DNA of 64,000 nucleotides, from NCBI GenBank assembly GCA_964019425.1, contig OZ025792.1, positions 620,001-684,000 of the forward strand. The letters are read 5' to 3'. Shown here piece after piece: positions 33,927 through 47,158 of the stretch (positions within the stretch are counted from its first letter, which is position 1; every line of letters starts with the position of its first letter). This DNA comes from Flectonema sp. DT1601 (Eukaryota). Position numbers and translations under genes: made by a program. The notes under the pieces are model-generated. The model saw only the letters and a list, made by a program, of their open reading frames with translations, had not been told where the DNA came from and did no database searches.

Positions 33927-36900
33927 ATGACTGTCTATTCAACTTCATATGTTCCAGCTGATGAGGTTAGAGGAAGCTGTGGAGTATGCGCAGGGTGGGG
34001 TCATTATTCTAGAGATTGTCCCAAAGCAAAAGGATCTCAAAGAAAGTTATCAGTTGCTATGTTCGCGAGACCTCACCTGATTTCAGGTTCAAGTGAGAGT
34101 GAAGGAATACCTCCAAGTGGTGACCCCGATGGTATTCAAATAATACATTCACCACCACCACCTAACAGTGATGTTAGTATTTGGTTACAAGAAACAGTCG
34201 TTCCTCCATTTAGACACACAAACGGATCGGTTCCTATTCAGCAAAGTGTGACTCCAGTAGCTCATGTTGTTAAAAGTGATCTCTCAATAATTAGAAATGG
34301 TATCAATCCACTCCAAGCTACTATACAACCAACTCACGCTGATATTGCGGCTTTAGTTAAAGAAGAACTCATATCAGAGTCACAGCGTCTTCAGCAAGCA
34401 GAAAAGGAACACATGTCTGAACGAGCTCGCTACACTGCAAAACTCTCAGAGCTTTGTGAGAAGGAAAAGATAATGCAAAACGAGCTTACGGCTGCGGTGG
34501 ATTCTGAGAAAGCGAAGTGTGAGAGACAAGTTGAAATGTTAATTGAAAAACAAAGCAGACTAGAATTAGAGATGCAAATAAAAATTGAGGAGGCGCATCG
34601 CACAGCAGAGCGAAACGCCGAAGCGCACCTCCTTCAACGTCAAGAAGAACTGAACTTATCTAATAGAAAGTTACAAAGCGATCTCGAAATCCTTCATGAA
34701 AAACAAGAGCAAGCAGCTTTGGAAAATCTCTTACGCAAAGAGAAGGAAAACACTGACACCGAAGTAGCACTTCAAACAAGAATTGCAGCTGCAGAGGAGG
34801 CCGAATCGATAAAAAATAACGAAATGGACGTCAAACAACTTGTCCTTCAACAAAAGGCTGATGAACTCCAACAAATTGAATCCAACCTCTCCACAGAACG
34901 ATCTGAAATGGAAGAAAAAATATTAAAAGTGACGAAGACTGAAACAGATCTTCACAAACAAAAAGAAGAAATAGCTCTCCAAGAAGAAACATTAAAACAG
35001 CTTAGCGGGAAGCTACAGGAAGAAGGTTTGTCAATGCAATCAACTGCTCGAGATCTTCAGTTACAAAGACAAGAAGTCTTACAAAAAGACACTGAGTTCA
35101 CTCAACGAGAAATCACTTTAAAGGAACTGAACACGAAGCTTCATGAAATGCAGATTTGCCTAGAAGATAGAAACAGTGCCTTAGATCTCAGAGAACGTGA
35201 ACTCGCCTCAAAGATTCAGCATCACCAGGAACAGGTAACCCAACAACAAGAATCTTTATCACAGCAGATGAGTAAAATAAAAGAAGCTTCTTTAGAAGCA
35301 GATCTCTACAGCAAAGAGCAAAGAGATGGTGTCGAAACTTATCGACAGATAACGGAACAAGAGTTATCATCCATTAGAGAATCTTTAACAAAACAAGAAG
35401 AGATTACAAAATCAGAACAGACTACGGCACAACAAAACCTACTGGCATCAGAGAAAGCACTCAATGAGAGAATGAAATTTGACGTTGAGCTGAAACGTAG
35501 GATTGCGGAAGCTGAGCTAAAAGAGAATTCGGCAGGCAACAAAACCTTGGAGCTACAAAAACAGATTGAGGAACTTGAACAGAAGACAGCCTCAATGAGA
35601 ACACTAAAAGACACAATTACATCACAACAACAATCTTTATCAACTGCCGCTGTAGAAGTCGACGATCAAAAGAAATCTGCGGAGCGACACTTACGAGAGG
35701 CAGAGCAGGTCTTGCAGTCAGCACACCAGCGTTCAGCAGAACTCGATCATGAACAGGCAGAGTTTCGCGGTCAGACGCAGGACTTAGCATCCGCGAAACA
35801 GAAAATTGCATCGTTGCGAAAGCAAATCCACATTGCGACTACTGATGTTGAAGAAAAAGAATTAGAGTGCCACGGTTACCGTCTCAAGTGTGCCGACATT
35901 GAGACACAACTATCAGAGGCAGTCGCAGCAAAACGAACTTCCGACAGCACAGCGTTAGCTGCACAGCAGGAAAACGCGTCTCTCAAAACGGAGGCGTCTC
36001 AAATTCATAAAAAGTTGAAAGAATTGAATCAGTCTTCTACTTCTCAGATTGAGGAGAAGGTCTTAGAAATAAACAACCACCTCAATAAGTTAACTAATCT
36101 TGAGAATATTAATAATAAATTAACAACTCAAATATCAGACTATCAATCGACCATAACTAAACACAACTTTGAAATGTCTGAAGTTAAAGAGACGTTAAAA
36201 CAATTTCAAGAAAGTGGAAAGCCATGGCCGCTCAATCCAATTCTGTTATCGAGTTCTGATATGAGTGCTCCAAGAACAATACCAGCAGTTGTGAGTGGGA
36301 TATCACCGCATTCTTCAGAGTGGTCAAAGTTAGATATTTCAACATCAGTATCTCCATGTGACTCACCGCTGATTGAAAAGGTTTGGTCAGTAAAATATGC
36401 TTTCACAATTGAGAACCTCTGTGAAGATGAGACTAAAATGAGGTCTGAAATAAGTTCTCAATGGGAAACAGAAATATGTTTTCAAATTCTGGTTTGGGAA
36501 ATCTTCTCAACCTTATCATCAGATCCTCCACACATGTCTGCCAGCGCTGTTACGTCTCCGACCTTTCGAATTGATAGAAGCCCACAGAGTCCTTCGATTC
36601 CATTTTCTCTAAGTCTTCCACCACTTCCAAGTTCTGTAATTGATAACAGTGATAATGTTAGTATTGGAAGTAAAATATCGTTTAGTTCAAAAGAGAATAG
36701 TGATCCGAAACTATTACTGTACGCAGTCACGACAGATATGCATGAAGTTCTTCATCTTCACAGTGGTAGTTCTCAATTAAAAAGAATTAGTGATATCTGT
36801 GTTACGACAACCAAAAGATTTGAGCGACTGTGTGAAGACTACGAACAGAGTAGAAGGAATGTCGCATTTCAATCAAGTAAAGCTCACCAATACAAAGCAG

Positions 36901-37519
36901 AGCAGTGGTACGTTGATTCTCATCTTCATACGGTTTTGGAAGATAATCAAAAAACGAATAAAATGCTTCAAGAAGATCAAGAGAACTATCAATGGTTGGA
37001 ATCTCAACTTCAACAAGCTACCAATCGACTTGTTGAATTAGAAACAGAACATGAAGGATGTGGTTCAGCATTCGCAGTCATCAGTCGTTCAGAACAACAT
37101 CTATCAATCTGTCTCAATCGTACAGTTGATTTCTGTTTACTAAGTCATTGCTTCAATGCTTTGACTCATTACTACTTAGATGGAATTCGTTATCGACTTG
37201 GTAAAGTAGAGAGAGACGCTCTGCGTAATCTCCAACAAGAAAACCGTCGTCACCATCTCAGCTTCCGGTACCATAAATGGATAAGTTACGTTGATGATAT
37301 TGGATAGTATGTGTTTATTAATAGTCTTAAGTTAATATAAAGGAACTCATCACGTCATAAACCAAACAAACCAAACAAACAAACAGTCTGCGACAACGCG
37401 CCGGTAGAATCAGTGACTTCTCAAACTTTCTTCGAAAGCAATTATCCGACAACAGGTTTGAGCCTCGTCGTTCGATGGTTGTGAATAAGGATTTTAGATC
37501 GCTGAAGGATTTTGGTTGA
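33927..37519 (+). CDS. large coiled-coil protein with an N-terminal CCHC zinc knuckle; predicted intron 37307-37386
   Basis: CGVCAGWGHYSRDC and long E/Q/K/L heptads. ATG at 33927 follows CTTTCCAG. The apparent TAG is TA|GTATGT, and splicing to AAACAG|T adds 44 codons in frame. Confidence 0.85.
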
Positions 37520-37553
37520 GTACAGCAAAACACTAAACTGAAGTGACCCACCC

Positions 37554-37555
37554 TA

Positions 37556-37594
<39 letters not shown>
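37554..37594. repeat. (TAT)n microsatellite
   Basis: Directly visible. Confidence 0.95.
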
Positions 37595-37596
<2 letters not shown>

Positions 37597-40500
37597 ACTG
37601 AGGTATCGTATTCCAACATCGCTCTCATTACTGAGAGGGATGTCAGAGATGCGAACACTTCACAAATAACTTACTCAGCAAATCAAATTCCTGCAAAGGT
37701 TTATTCTGATCATCGTTTATGACATGTGGAATGTTCATCAACAAGGTTTCGGTAGGTAAAGGAGTTTTTTTTTTTTCCCTTCTTCTTTTCGTTTTCAAAA
37801 ATTTTGAACAGAAAAAAAAAATAGTTATATTGTGTATTCTTCCCTTCCCTTCCCCGTTTAGGAGAATATTTCCCATTTTTACGATATTCGCTTCACCGTT
37901 TTTTAAGTTTCGTTGTTGCCAGCCTTGTGGCAATTAGATACAAATACAGCGTAGCAGGAGTTATTCATGTGATGGAAATCCTCGAGTTTTTATTAGAAAT
38001 TTCTACATTCGCGGGAACTTTTCCTGACATGAGTAATTCCTGCCCCAATGCAATTCACCCCTCCTCCATTTCCAATTTAGTTTTTTCTTTAACTTAGCGA
38101 CCAAAGTATTAGCTGAACCATAATTACTGTTCTTGCTTGTATTCAAGTTACCCGATGATATAATTTTGGTATCAAATTACTCCTCCAATTTGAGCTTCCT
38201 GACCCACGACAATCCCCCCAACTTGAAAGCCTTACGTCGGGTTCGTCCATTGTTAACCTTTGTTGTTTTTTCACTGTTGTGTAGCGTAAAGAGGTGCTCA
38301 ACTACGTTCACGTGGCCTCCACCAAAGAAACCAGGCAAATATTATGATCCCCTCTCGTTTCATGGTAGCCACAGTATTTTTATTGTTTTTATTTTTTGCA
38401 AAGACCTACCTGCAGTATTCTTCCCAGATGGATCCTTTCGTATCGTGTTATATCTCCCTCCCAATTTTTAGTCATTGTAGCAACTAACGTTTAGTTAACT
38501 CTGGTCCAATACAGATGATTATTTCTTCATAAATGTATACCAACATTTCAACCCCCCTACGAGAATTGTTCCTTAGAGTGATTTCTTTTTTATTTCTTTT
38601 TTTTTTTTTTTTAAATATATTTTGGTAACAAATTCAATGGAAGACCACACTGTGGAGAACAAGCAGAAATTTTTCTGATTTTTTTTTTTTTTTTTTCCCC
38701 ACATAGCATGTACAGTTTCATACAGGCAAAAAAAAAAAAAAAAAAAAAAGGTTCCTTCTTCCTTTTTGATTCAGTTACCATTTTATGTTTTTTTTTTTAA
38801 ATATTTTGGAAAAGTTGTTCAGTAATTTTATTCATTTTTTTTGTTTTCTTTTTTCTTTTTCAATTTCGTTCAATTAGTTTTTTTTCCCCCCTTTTTTTTT
38901 GATCGATCGGAATCCGTATTAGAGGCTACGTGTTTGCTCATCGGAGGGGAAAAAAAAAAAAAAAAAAATATAAAAAAAACAACCAACAAAAATAGAACTA
39001 AACCTTAGACACGTTGATACAATCCACACTGTTGAGGGCTGATCCTCAGAGTTTTTTTTTTTTTTTTTGCAATATTATCTTCACACAGTTTAGAATAATG
39101 GCACATATGTTTCATTACTATGTGTTCAGGGTAGTCGTTTCTTCACTGGAGATGTGTTTGTCTCAAGTCTTTCAGAGAATTAATCAAAGGTTTCTGCACC
39201 GCCTCATATACCAGCAGATTTTATAAGGGAATATTTCTTTTCTTTTTTTTTTTTTTTTTTTTTTTTTTTTGATCAAAATTATTTTTGTTTTGTTTCTTCA
39301 GTCTAATAATTAACCTGCTGGTCATCTCAGTTACAATAATAAAAAAAAAAAAAAAAAGAATCTCGGCAGAACTTTTGAGAAGCCACTTTTGATAGCACGA
39401 AGAACCTTCCAGTGAGTGAAACAGATTGGTGCACAAAACTCTTTTCTCCGCAAAGAATGATTTTGTTTTCATTGCGCCAAGGAATTATGGCATCCTTCTA
39501 TCTTCTCATTCGAAGCGCATTTTATGAACGACGTTTTTATAACGAATATTCCGACTGCAAAGCTCTCTTTTTCGTTATCTACTGTTATTGCATTTCTTTT
39601 TACTGAAAAACAAGAATGAAAAGCGTGAACCGACTTAAACTGATATGAATAAAGGAGGTTTACGTGTCGTTCTTACAATACTTGTTAAATGCAAAAAAAA
39701 AAAAAAAAAAAAAAAGAACTCGCCATTCTATCATTATGGTACTTTCTATGGTACTTTCTGTTTTTCTTCTTCCTTTTTACCGAACAAACCTTTCGCATCG
39801 CGCCCGCAGTCTATTCTGATTTTCGGAGTAATTTGGGATTCGTGTACGAACCAAAACTACATATCTTTCTCTTTCTCTCTCTTATATATATATTCGTTCT
39901 TTTGTTGTTAGGGGGTGCGTAAGTTTCGCGGTACCGTCTCATATTTTAATACGAAATAAATGAACTTAATGTGGTATTTGACCTTCTTCCCTATCAGCCC
40001 ATAGCAGCTCCGTGCTGTAAGGAGGAACGCTTTATCGCGCCTTCTCCCTTTAGTCTTTCTGGGCACCGTACTAAGTAGTGGTTTTAAGCTCCTTAATTTT
40101 TTTTCCCCCCCATGCTGGAAGAACAGCATGCCTGTCGTTTGTTTATTGTTAACACCCAACAAATAGGGAACAAGACTTCGTGAAAAGTCTTCCCAACCCT
40201 TCCAAGAGGTGTGTGTGTGTGTGTGAAGTTTTGTCTATTTCCTTTCAGTTTGTAATTACGTTTTTGGAGGTCGTTTTTTCGATTAGTTAGAAGCAGTTAA
40301 AAGAAACTATTCTTACTTTCTGTTTTTTAAAATTATTTTATTATCTCCAGGTTACACAACACAAACACATAGACAGACACACAATGAAATCTTTCATCTG
40401 TGGTTTCATCCACACGAAGGCTGTAATGATGAATTACTTTCGGCTGTGATGCTCTTCTTCCAGACAGGGCAGCAGTCTATCGTATTGCCCCATCACTGAA

Positions 40501-40628
40501 ATCTAATGGACGTTAGTTGTCTGTAGAGAAATGGAAACGGTGCGATTAGTTCTGTGCACAAGATAGCTGAAGTGATAGAATTTCATTTTTTTATTTTCAC
40601 GCAGGTAAGGTTTTTGCCAATCAAAGAG

Positions 40629-43364
40629 ATGCCGCCAGGACCTCAACGAAGATGGAGTTATCCAACAACAACACGTTCGGTGTCTGCGGGTTTGGAATTC
40701 GGAGATTACTTTGCTTTACATAATATCTGTAAGAAGACGAAGCGTTTAGAGAACAATAAAGACATACAAGAAGGTTTGTCAGTAGTATGCTCTCCTCCTT
40801 CAGAACTACGGTCAAGGGCAACTAGTCCTCGAGAAACTTCTAAACGAAGATCAGTAACTCCGTCCTCTCGACCACATCCGTCAGTCGGTAATGTATCACC
40901 GTTGGGGTTGGCGCTGTCGGGACGAAAATCGAATTTTATCGCAAAGCAGAGGTCGACAACACCCCCGCGTTCTGTTTCACCCGGAGCTAGGGTCAGATGT
41001 ATTACGGGTCCGCCACGCAGGAATGAGTTGAATAAAAATACTAAGTTTGCTCCGATCTCACGACGACAGAGATCAGTCACCCCACCGGCAGGTATGAAAA
41101 ATGGCCCTTCGACAGCCAAGCGATCTCCGGTAACTCGGAGGTCAGTCACACCGCCGCACCAATTTAGAAGTAATAAAAAAGTTCGAAATTTTTCGACAGG
41201 TCGGAAACAGAGATCTGGAACCCCTCCACCGAGTACACGACAGAGATCAGTCACTCCACCACCGAGCACACGACAGAGGTTGAAATCTCCAATCAGAAAA
41301 CATGCGAATGCTGCTCCTGTTAGGAAACAAACTCCTGTACCGATCTCATCGCCTCCCGGCGGTCCTATCAGACCAAAGCGAGTACCCGCTGTTAACCAGA
41401 ATGGTATTGGTATTGTCAGCCCTGTTGGATTTAGGCGACTATCATCTGCACCTGTGCGTAGTGTTGGTGTTGGTGTTGGTGTCAGAGGTGGTCCTGTACG
41501 AGAGGTAACAAATCCACGACAAGCTTCACCTGCTCGAATAGACAGACCTCGTACTGGTCTTCGTTGTTCTCCAAGTCCGAACCTGAGAAATACGAACCGC
41601 AGAACTGAGAGCAACAGTCTCGAGGATATTATTGTTGGCGTTTGTGATCCGATTGAAATACTGCAGCCTGACAGACTCCTTCAGTCAGCCAACAGACAGT
41701 CGCTTTTCGACACAATTCCTGCTGAAGCCCCTGAGAGATATATAACACCAGACGCTGTTAGAGAAGTTGCTGATAGGACTTTCAGGAATTCATCAGCCAA
41801 CACTATCCCACTCGAAATCAATGAGAGAAGTCTTACCGACACGGTCCCTCTTGAGGAATGTGAACAAGTGAGCGCGTCAAACATGTCGGGTGATGTCATT
41901 CGCACACAACTTTCGGAAACTCTGCCCCCCAGCAGATGTGGTCAGCCCAAAGATTATTTTATTTTGATCAGCAGTTGTACTGATAATCCAATCCCAGACT
42001 TCGACTGTTTAAATAAAACTGACAAGAGTGATGATGATGAGGGTTCACTCCAATCTGGTAACGAGTTACTTGAGACTTGTTCACCATCAGTTGGGTTGGA
42101 TAGAAGTGGTTTCAATCCATCCAACCATCTCAGTAGAAACTCTTCCCTCGACAACTGTTGTCATATTTCACAACAAGAACATAGTGATATTGATTGTATT
42201 TCACAAAATCTAACTTCTCTTAAAAATAAGATTCCTCAGCCACCTGAGAGAGACATATCTCCCAAACTTTTAAATTATCGACCGACAGCCGTAGTAAGAA
42301 TTCCCCAGCTGAGTATTATTAGTACCGAGAGTGTGATAAAGAATCCTCAACTTCCTCATCAAAGAGTAAACCTTGTCACTAAAGAAGGTCATCCAATGCA
42401 ATCCAAGTCACACTCACAGCAACTAGTGAGGCGTAACAATTCGGGTAATTATATTCAATTAAAGTCTTCTTCAAGATACCAAACATCAAATTATCAATTA
42501 TTACAGCAGGAGAGAAAAGCTCGATTTGCAGCCCTCTCAAAACGTATTGATGAGTTGTTACTAAAAGTACAGAAACTCCGTCTAAATGACAACGAGGGGT
42601 GTGTACCCACATCGATGAAAGTGCGCCCTACAGTAGTATCGAAACAATCTATACAGTCACTCGAAAGAGAAAGGATTCGTGAAGACACAATCAACAACGC
42701 AACAGACGTTGTGGTGGAACATCAACTTACTTTGTGTACTGACCGTACCATTGCAGTCTCAGAAAAGACTTCAGAGACCACAGCAGTTCTGACAACTGAC
42801 AGTTCTGAAATTATTATTCCAACTAAACAACTTACAATACCAACATCAACTACCCCAGTCATTAAGAAGAGTACTACGGATATTAATAATACTTCTCTTG
42901 TTGCTTCTTATTTGTTGGAATTCAACATCAAAACAAAGACGGATATCATCAGCGATAATGATCTAGACATGAGTACGAGTGAGAGTGACTACACAGTCCT
43001 CATTGAGAATAATAATAACTTGATTGATCTTTTTAGTACAAGTGATGCTGTTCTCGTCAGTGAGACTCAATGTGATGATCTAATGGTTTCTGGTTGTTGG
43101 GATTCGAAAGGCGGTCAAAGTTTCAGCAGCTCTCATATCGATCAAACTACTCATGATAGTAATTCAGAGACTGATGACATAGTGGTTGACATTGACTTAC
43201 CATCTCTGATTGGAAGTACCATCGACACTACCACCACTACTACTGCTGTTCTCAGCTCAGGTAGTGAAGAGCTGCCTACTCTACTGTTGGTGAGTTCTCA
43301 GTCTGTTTATAATGATCGTCACGTAAACTCGTCTAACGTTACTGACGGTGGTGAATTAGGGTGA
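40629..43364 (+). CDS. low-complexity protein with repeated R-x-R-S-x-T-P-P motifs
   Basis: ORF of >900 codons with a basic Arg/Ser/Pro N-half and an acidic Ser/Thr C-half. First ATG at 40629. Confidence 0.8.
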   Translation: MPPGPQRRWSYPTTTRSVSAGLEFGDYFALHNICKKTKRLENNKDIQEGLSVVCSPPSELRSRATSPRETSKRRSVTPSSRPHPSVGNVSPLGLALSGRKSNFIAKQRSTTPPRSVSPGARVRCITGPPRRNELNKNTKFAPISRRQRSVTPPAGMKNGPSTAKRSPVTRRSVTPPHQFRSNKKVRNFSTGRKQRSGTPPPSTRQRSVTPPPSTRQRLKSPIRKHANAAPVRKQTPVPISSPPGGPIRPKRVPAVNQNGIGIVSPVGFRRLSSAPVRSVGVGVGVRGGPVREVTNPRQASPARIDRPRTGLRCSPSPNLRNTNRRTESNSLEDIIVGVCDPIEILQPDRLLQSANRQSLFDTIPAEAPERYITPDAVREVADRTFRNSSANTIPLEINERSLTDTVPLEECEQVSASNMSGDVIRTQLSETLPPSRCGQPKDYFILISSCTDNPIPDFDCLNKTDKSDDDEGSLQSGNELLETCSPSVGLDRSGFNPSNHLSRNSSLDNCCHISQQEHSDIDCISQNLTSLKNKIPQPPERDISPKLLNYRPTAVVRIPQLSIISTESVIKNPQLPHQRVNLVTKEGHPMQSKSHSQQLVRRNNSGNYIQLKSSSRYQTSNYQLLQQERKARFAALSKRIDELLLKVQKLRLNDNEGCVPTSMKVRPTVVSKQSIQSLERERIREDTINNATDVVVEHQLTLCTDRTIAVSEKTSETTAVLTTDSSEIIIPTKQLTIPTSTTPVIKKSTTDINNTSLVASYLLEFNIKTKTDIISDNDLDMSTSESDYTVLIENNNNLIDLFSTSDAVLVSETQCDDLMVSGCWDSKGGQSFSSSHIDQTTHDSNSETDDIVVDIDLPSLIGSTIDTTTTTTAVLSSGSEELPTLLLVSSQSVYNDRHVNSSNVTDGGELG

Positions 43365-43787
43365 GTTGATGTAATGGCGGAATTTATTTATTTAATTTTC
43401 TGATTTATCGAATATATTATTTTTATAGTTACACATTCTTCACTTTATTAATTAAAAACAAAAAAACATTATCTTGCTACCCATCTTGTTTGCCGTAGTT
43501 GGCAGACAGTACAAACAGCAACACTCGCCGCTTACTGATGTGTGTCGGGCTTGCGAGTGGGATTATTTGTACGGATACTTATGTATTTCCTTCCCTACCT
43601 ATGACTGGTGTAGTTCATCAGAGCTGCGCTGGTTGACGTTGTGCGTTAGTTAGTAATGTTTTCGCAGGAGTAAAAGTTACATTGTCTTCTACAGTATATT
43701 CAGTATGGGTATAATGGGGCATTGATTGTTTATTTTTTAGATGGCGTTTTCGGTAATAATATTTTCCCCTTTCAGCTACTCATCAAA

Positions 43788-45335
43788 ATGAAGTCTTTGT
43801 TGTTTGCAACGCTGGTTTCCTCCGCCTTGGGAGTGAGAAACACATTCTTAGCGTGCACAGATCGTCATGATTGCTCATGTGCTACTACCCAGTCATCTAC
43901 TTACTTGACTGGTGTTCAGTCAACTACCACAACTTGTACTGCGGCAACCAACTTCTTAGGAGCTGGACAGACCTGGTTTAGAAGAACGTCTGCATGTAAC
44001 GCCAACGGTATTTTGGTAACTACTCTTTCATACTACAGAGACAATACCTGTACTGGTGTATCAACTCACGCAGCTAACATTATCGCTGATGGAAGATGTC
44101 ACTTGACCAGACTTCACTCCGACAATTCATACTTTTCGTACTACGCTGAGTTCCCAATCACTTGTACTCCTTCTCCTCTGAACACATACAGTGACAGTGA
44201 CTGTACTAATTTGATTGACAGTGCTGTCACAGGTGGTAATAATGCACACGCGTTTGTCGCACCTTCCAGCAGATGGGGTGACTGCGTCAAGACTGGTACC
44301 AGCAGTTGGAACCGTTACGACTCTGTTTGTAACAATGAAGGATTCTTAGTGACATCATTGAAGCAGTTCACGACTCTTGACACATGTCAGTACACTGCTG
44401 GAACTGCGGTATCAATTACTAACTTGAACGCTGCTGCAACTCTTCTTCAACACACTGCTAGATGTGTTAGAGGAGATTCTGGTACTCGTAATTACTACAC
44501 CATTCCTGAGACTCGTTGTCACCCTGTTCCTCTTGATGCTGATGCTAACATTGCTTTCTATGATACCAGAGACTGCACTGGAGCTCTCATCACTAACACT
44601 ATGAAGACTCTTGACTTCGTTCACACCAGAGAGTGCGTCAGAGACACCACCGCTTTGACCAGTTCCAGAATCTCTTCCCATTGCAACCTTGATGGCCTTC
44701 CTGTTACTGTGAGATCTGTCTGGACCAACACAATCTGTGCTGGTGCCGCTGAGTACATCGAAGAGTTCATCCACGACTCCGCCTGCCACACATACGTATC
44801 AAACGATGAAATTAAATCATACCTCGTGACTCCAACTGGTCAAGCTGTTACTACCTGTAATGATGACTACTGGAATGTTTACACATCAACTGACTGTACT
44901 GGTATCCCATTTCAGGGTGGATCTGTTCCTGTTAATGCTACTCAGCAATTCATCTGTAAGAGAGAACAAAATACATTTGTTAGATACAGCTACGGATGTA
45001 CTGCTGATGGTTTATTCATGACCAGTAGAAAGGTTACTCACGGAATCATTGGATGTACTGACACCGGAAGCTTTTCATTCCCACAATTCATCCACGATGG
45101 AAACTGTCACGTCTTTGACTACGAGGGACAGAGATTCTCATACCAGACTAAGCACACTGTCTGCCGTCCTGCTCAGACCTTCACTACTATTGTTGACGAC
45201 ATTGATGACGACAAGACTGGAATCATCGTCGGAATCGTATTCGGAGGTGTTCTATTCATCGCCGTCATTGCTGGTCTAATCCTTAAGGCATGCGCTAGTT
45301 CAAGCGAGCCTGCCGACGAGGATATTAAGCACTAG
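43788..45335 (+). CDS. Cys-rich repeat type I membrane/surface protein
   Basis: Signal peptide MKSLLFATLVSSALG, four ~110-aa repeats (Y...DCTG...C...CN.DG...HDG.CH) and C-terminal TM GIIVGIVFGGVLFIAVIAGLIL. Confidence 0.92.
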   Translation: MKSLLFATLVSSALGVRNTFLACTDRHDCSCATTQSSTYLTGVQSTTTTCTAATNFLGAGQTWFRRTSACNANGILVTTLSYYRDNTCTGVSTHAANIIADGRCHLTRLHSDNSYFSYYAEFPITCTPSPLNTYSDSDCTNLIDSAVTGGNNAHAFVAPSSRWGDCVKTGTSSWNRYDSVCNNEGFLVTSLKQFTTLDTCQYTAGTAVSITNLNAAATLLQHTARCVRGDSGTRNYYTIPETRCHPVPLDADANIAFYDTRDCTGALITNTMKTLDFVHTRECVRDTTALTSSRISSHCNLDGLPVTVRSVWTNTICAGAAEYIEEFIHDSACHTYVSNDEIKSYLVTPTGQAVTTCNDDYWNVYTSTDCTGIPFQGGSVPVNATQQFICKREQNTFVRYSYGCTADGLFMTSRKVTHGIIGCTDTGSFSFPQFIHDGNCHVFDYEGQRFSYQTKHTVCRPAQTFTTIVDDIDDDKTGIIVGIVFGGVLFIAVIAGLILKACASSSEPADEDIKH

Positions 45336-46190
45336 TCAGTTTTTTCGTTGTGTTCCCCGGTTTCCTAAAATACTGAAGGAGGGAAGGAAAAAAAAAAAAA
45401 AAAAAAAAAAAAGATACGATTGAGGGAAAAAAGAAAAAAGTATGATGAGAAAAAAAAAAACTCAAAAGGAAGAGAATTTGTGTTCCTCTCCCCGTCCCTT
45501 CTAATTTCTCAGATCTGCAGTGATTGACAAAAGCGTGATTGCTTCTTTCGTAGGCGGTCGGGAATGCTGTACCCCCCCCCCCCTTTCCCTTTTTTGCCCC
45601 TCATCATTTTTTTTTCCTGTTTGAAAAAAAAAAAAAAATAATAAAAAAATTTGCAGAGCAAAACTCCCTTATTGCTCCTGTTCGAGTTTGTCGAAAGTGC
45701 TTCTGATTTCTTGCTAACAAAAGTCTGATTGAGTGGCTATACGTTGCCATGGTTGCGATGATACTTTTATCAAGTTTAGGTAGCATGTGTTCGACGTGCC
45801 TCGAGCACACCTTATTGATTTGAAAAAAAAAAAAAAAAAAAAAAAAAAAACGGTTTTAGTATCTCCAATCAGCTGTGCTGGGGGATTTTGCTGAGGCCCT
45901 ATCCACCACCCCCATTTTGTCTTTTGTTTTGTCCATCACACTCCTTTCCCCCCGTCCACCCTGTGACCCTTTCCTATTACTGAGTCCACTTGAAAATTCG
46001 TTTGATTGATGTTAAATGTGTACTCAAGAATTATTTTATCATTACATTCCTAACAGGACAACAGATGTTATTGTAGTGTTGTTTTGTAATTAGTTTTTTT
46101 TTTTTTTTTCCTTTCTTTATTTAATTTCTTTTTTAATTAGGTTCTCCCATTTTTATCTGAAAAAAAACAACACCAACACCAACAACAACC

Positions 46191-46400
46191 ATGACTTGCG
46201 AAGGCATTCCCACTGACACTAAAAAGTGTTTGGCGATTCAAAAGCTCACTGAAGCCGGCAGAGATATTACTGTCAGAGAATTGGTCAAAGAAGTGAGTAC
46301 TTCTGGTCCTTTAATTCAGCTCTTCATGGATGCCGGACTTGGAATGACTCTTGCTGAGTACGTCAGCGTCATCTATGATTCTGAGTCTGAGTCTGAGTGA
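46191..46400 (+). CDS. small hypothetical protein (69 aa)
   Basis: Strong T tract plus AG, an A/C-rich leader and codon-like composition. Confidence 0.6.
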   Translation: MTCEGIPTDTKKCLAIQKLTEAGRDITVRELVKEVSTSGPLIQLFMDAGLGMTLAEYVSVIYDSESESE

Positions 46401-47158
46401 TGTTATAATTCAGACCTCCGCAATATAATTCATCGCTATATTCTTTTCTTTTGTGTGACGTCAATGGAATACTTTGGAGGTTCTTTTTTCTGTTCTCTGT
46501 TGTCTGTTTCCTCTTTACTTCGGGAAGTTGTACATTTCTTTATTATTTTTTTTAAATGTACATTTGCATGCACTTCTCATGCACATATTGTTAAGTAGAT
46601 CTTCACAACACTTCAATCGTGTAGTAGTGAATTCAGGCTTTTTTTTTTTTTTTTTTTTTTGATGGATTTTTCCTCACAAGACTGCCTTCCTTTCAAAAAA
46701 AAAAAAAAAGCATTCGAAGGCGCAATTGGAAATTTCCCTTTACAAATTAATACATACAACAATAAATTATAATCAAAAACAATTCTTTTTTTTTTTTTTT
46801 TGTTCTTTGTTGTTCTCCTACTAAAGTGCACAAATATTCTATTCATTGTGTACTTGTTGTAACTCAACTTGTTTTCTCACACATTTTCCTTTGTCAAGGT
46901 AAATTGTTTGTTACTGTCCATTAAAGAAGACAGACTCTCAGTCGTACCATCAACGTACGTATTCTTATACAACATTTGTGTGTGTGTTCTTGTAAGTCGA
47001 ACTAAGCAACACATGCGGCAAAAAAAAAAAAAAAAAAAAACCTTTTTTCTCTTAGAGGTAGGAAATTACTGATTAGTTAAGAAGTTGTAGAAACATCCCG
47101 AGGCTCGCTTTGGAGTTTATTAGTTGCGGTGAGGGTAAGAATAGTTTCATCACAGTAA

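Noticed and set aside
37643..40162. Many 60-110-aa ORFs rich in poly-Lys/poly-Phe (also at 45.6-48.2 kb and 51-54 kb)
   Set aside because: They are translations of intergenic A/T homopolymers.
40706..41614. 302-aa minus-strand ORF
   Set aside because: Antisense shadow of the Arg/Ser/Pro-rich plus-strand gene.
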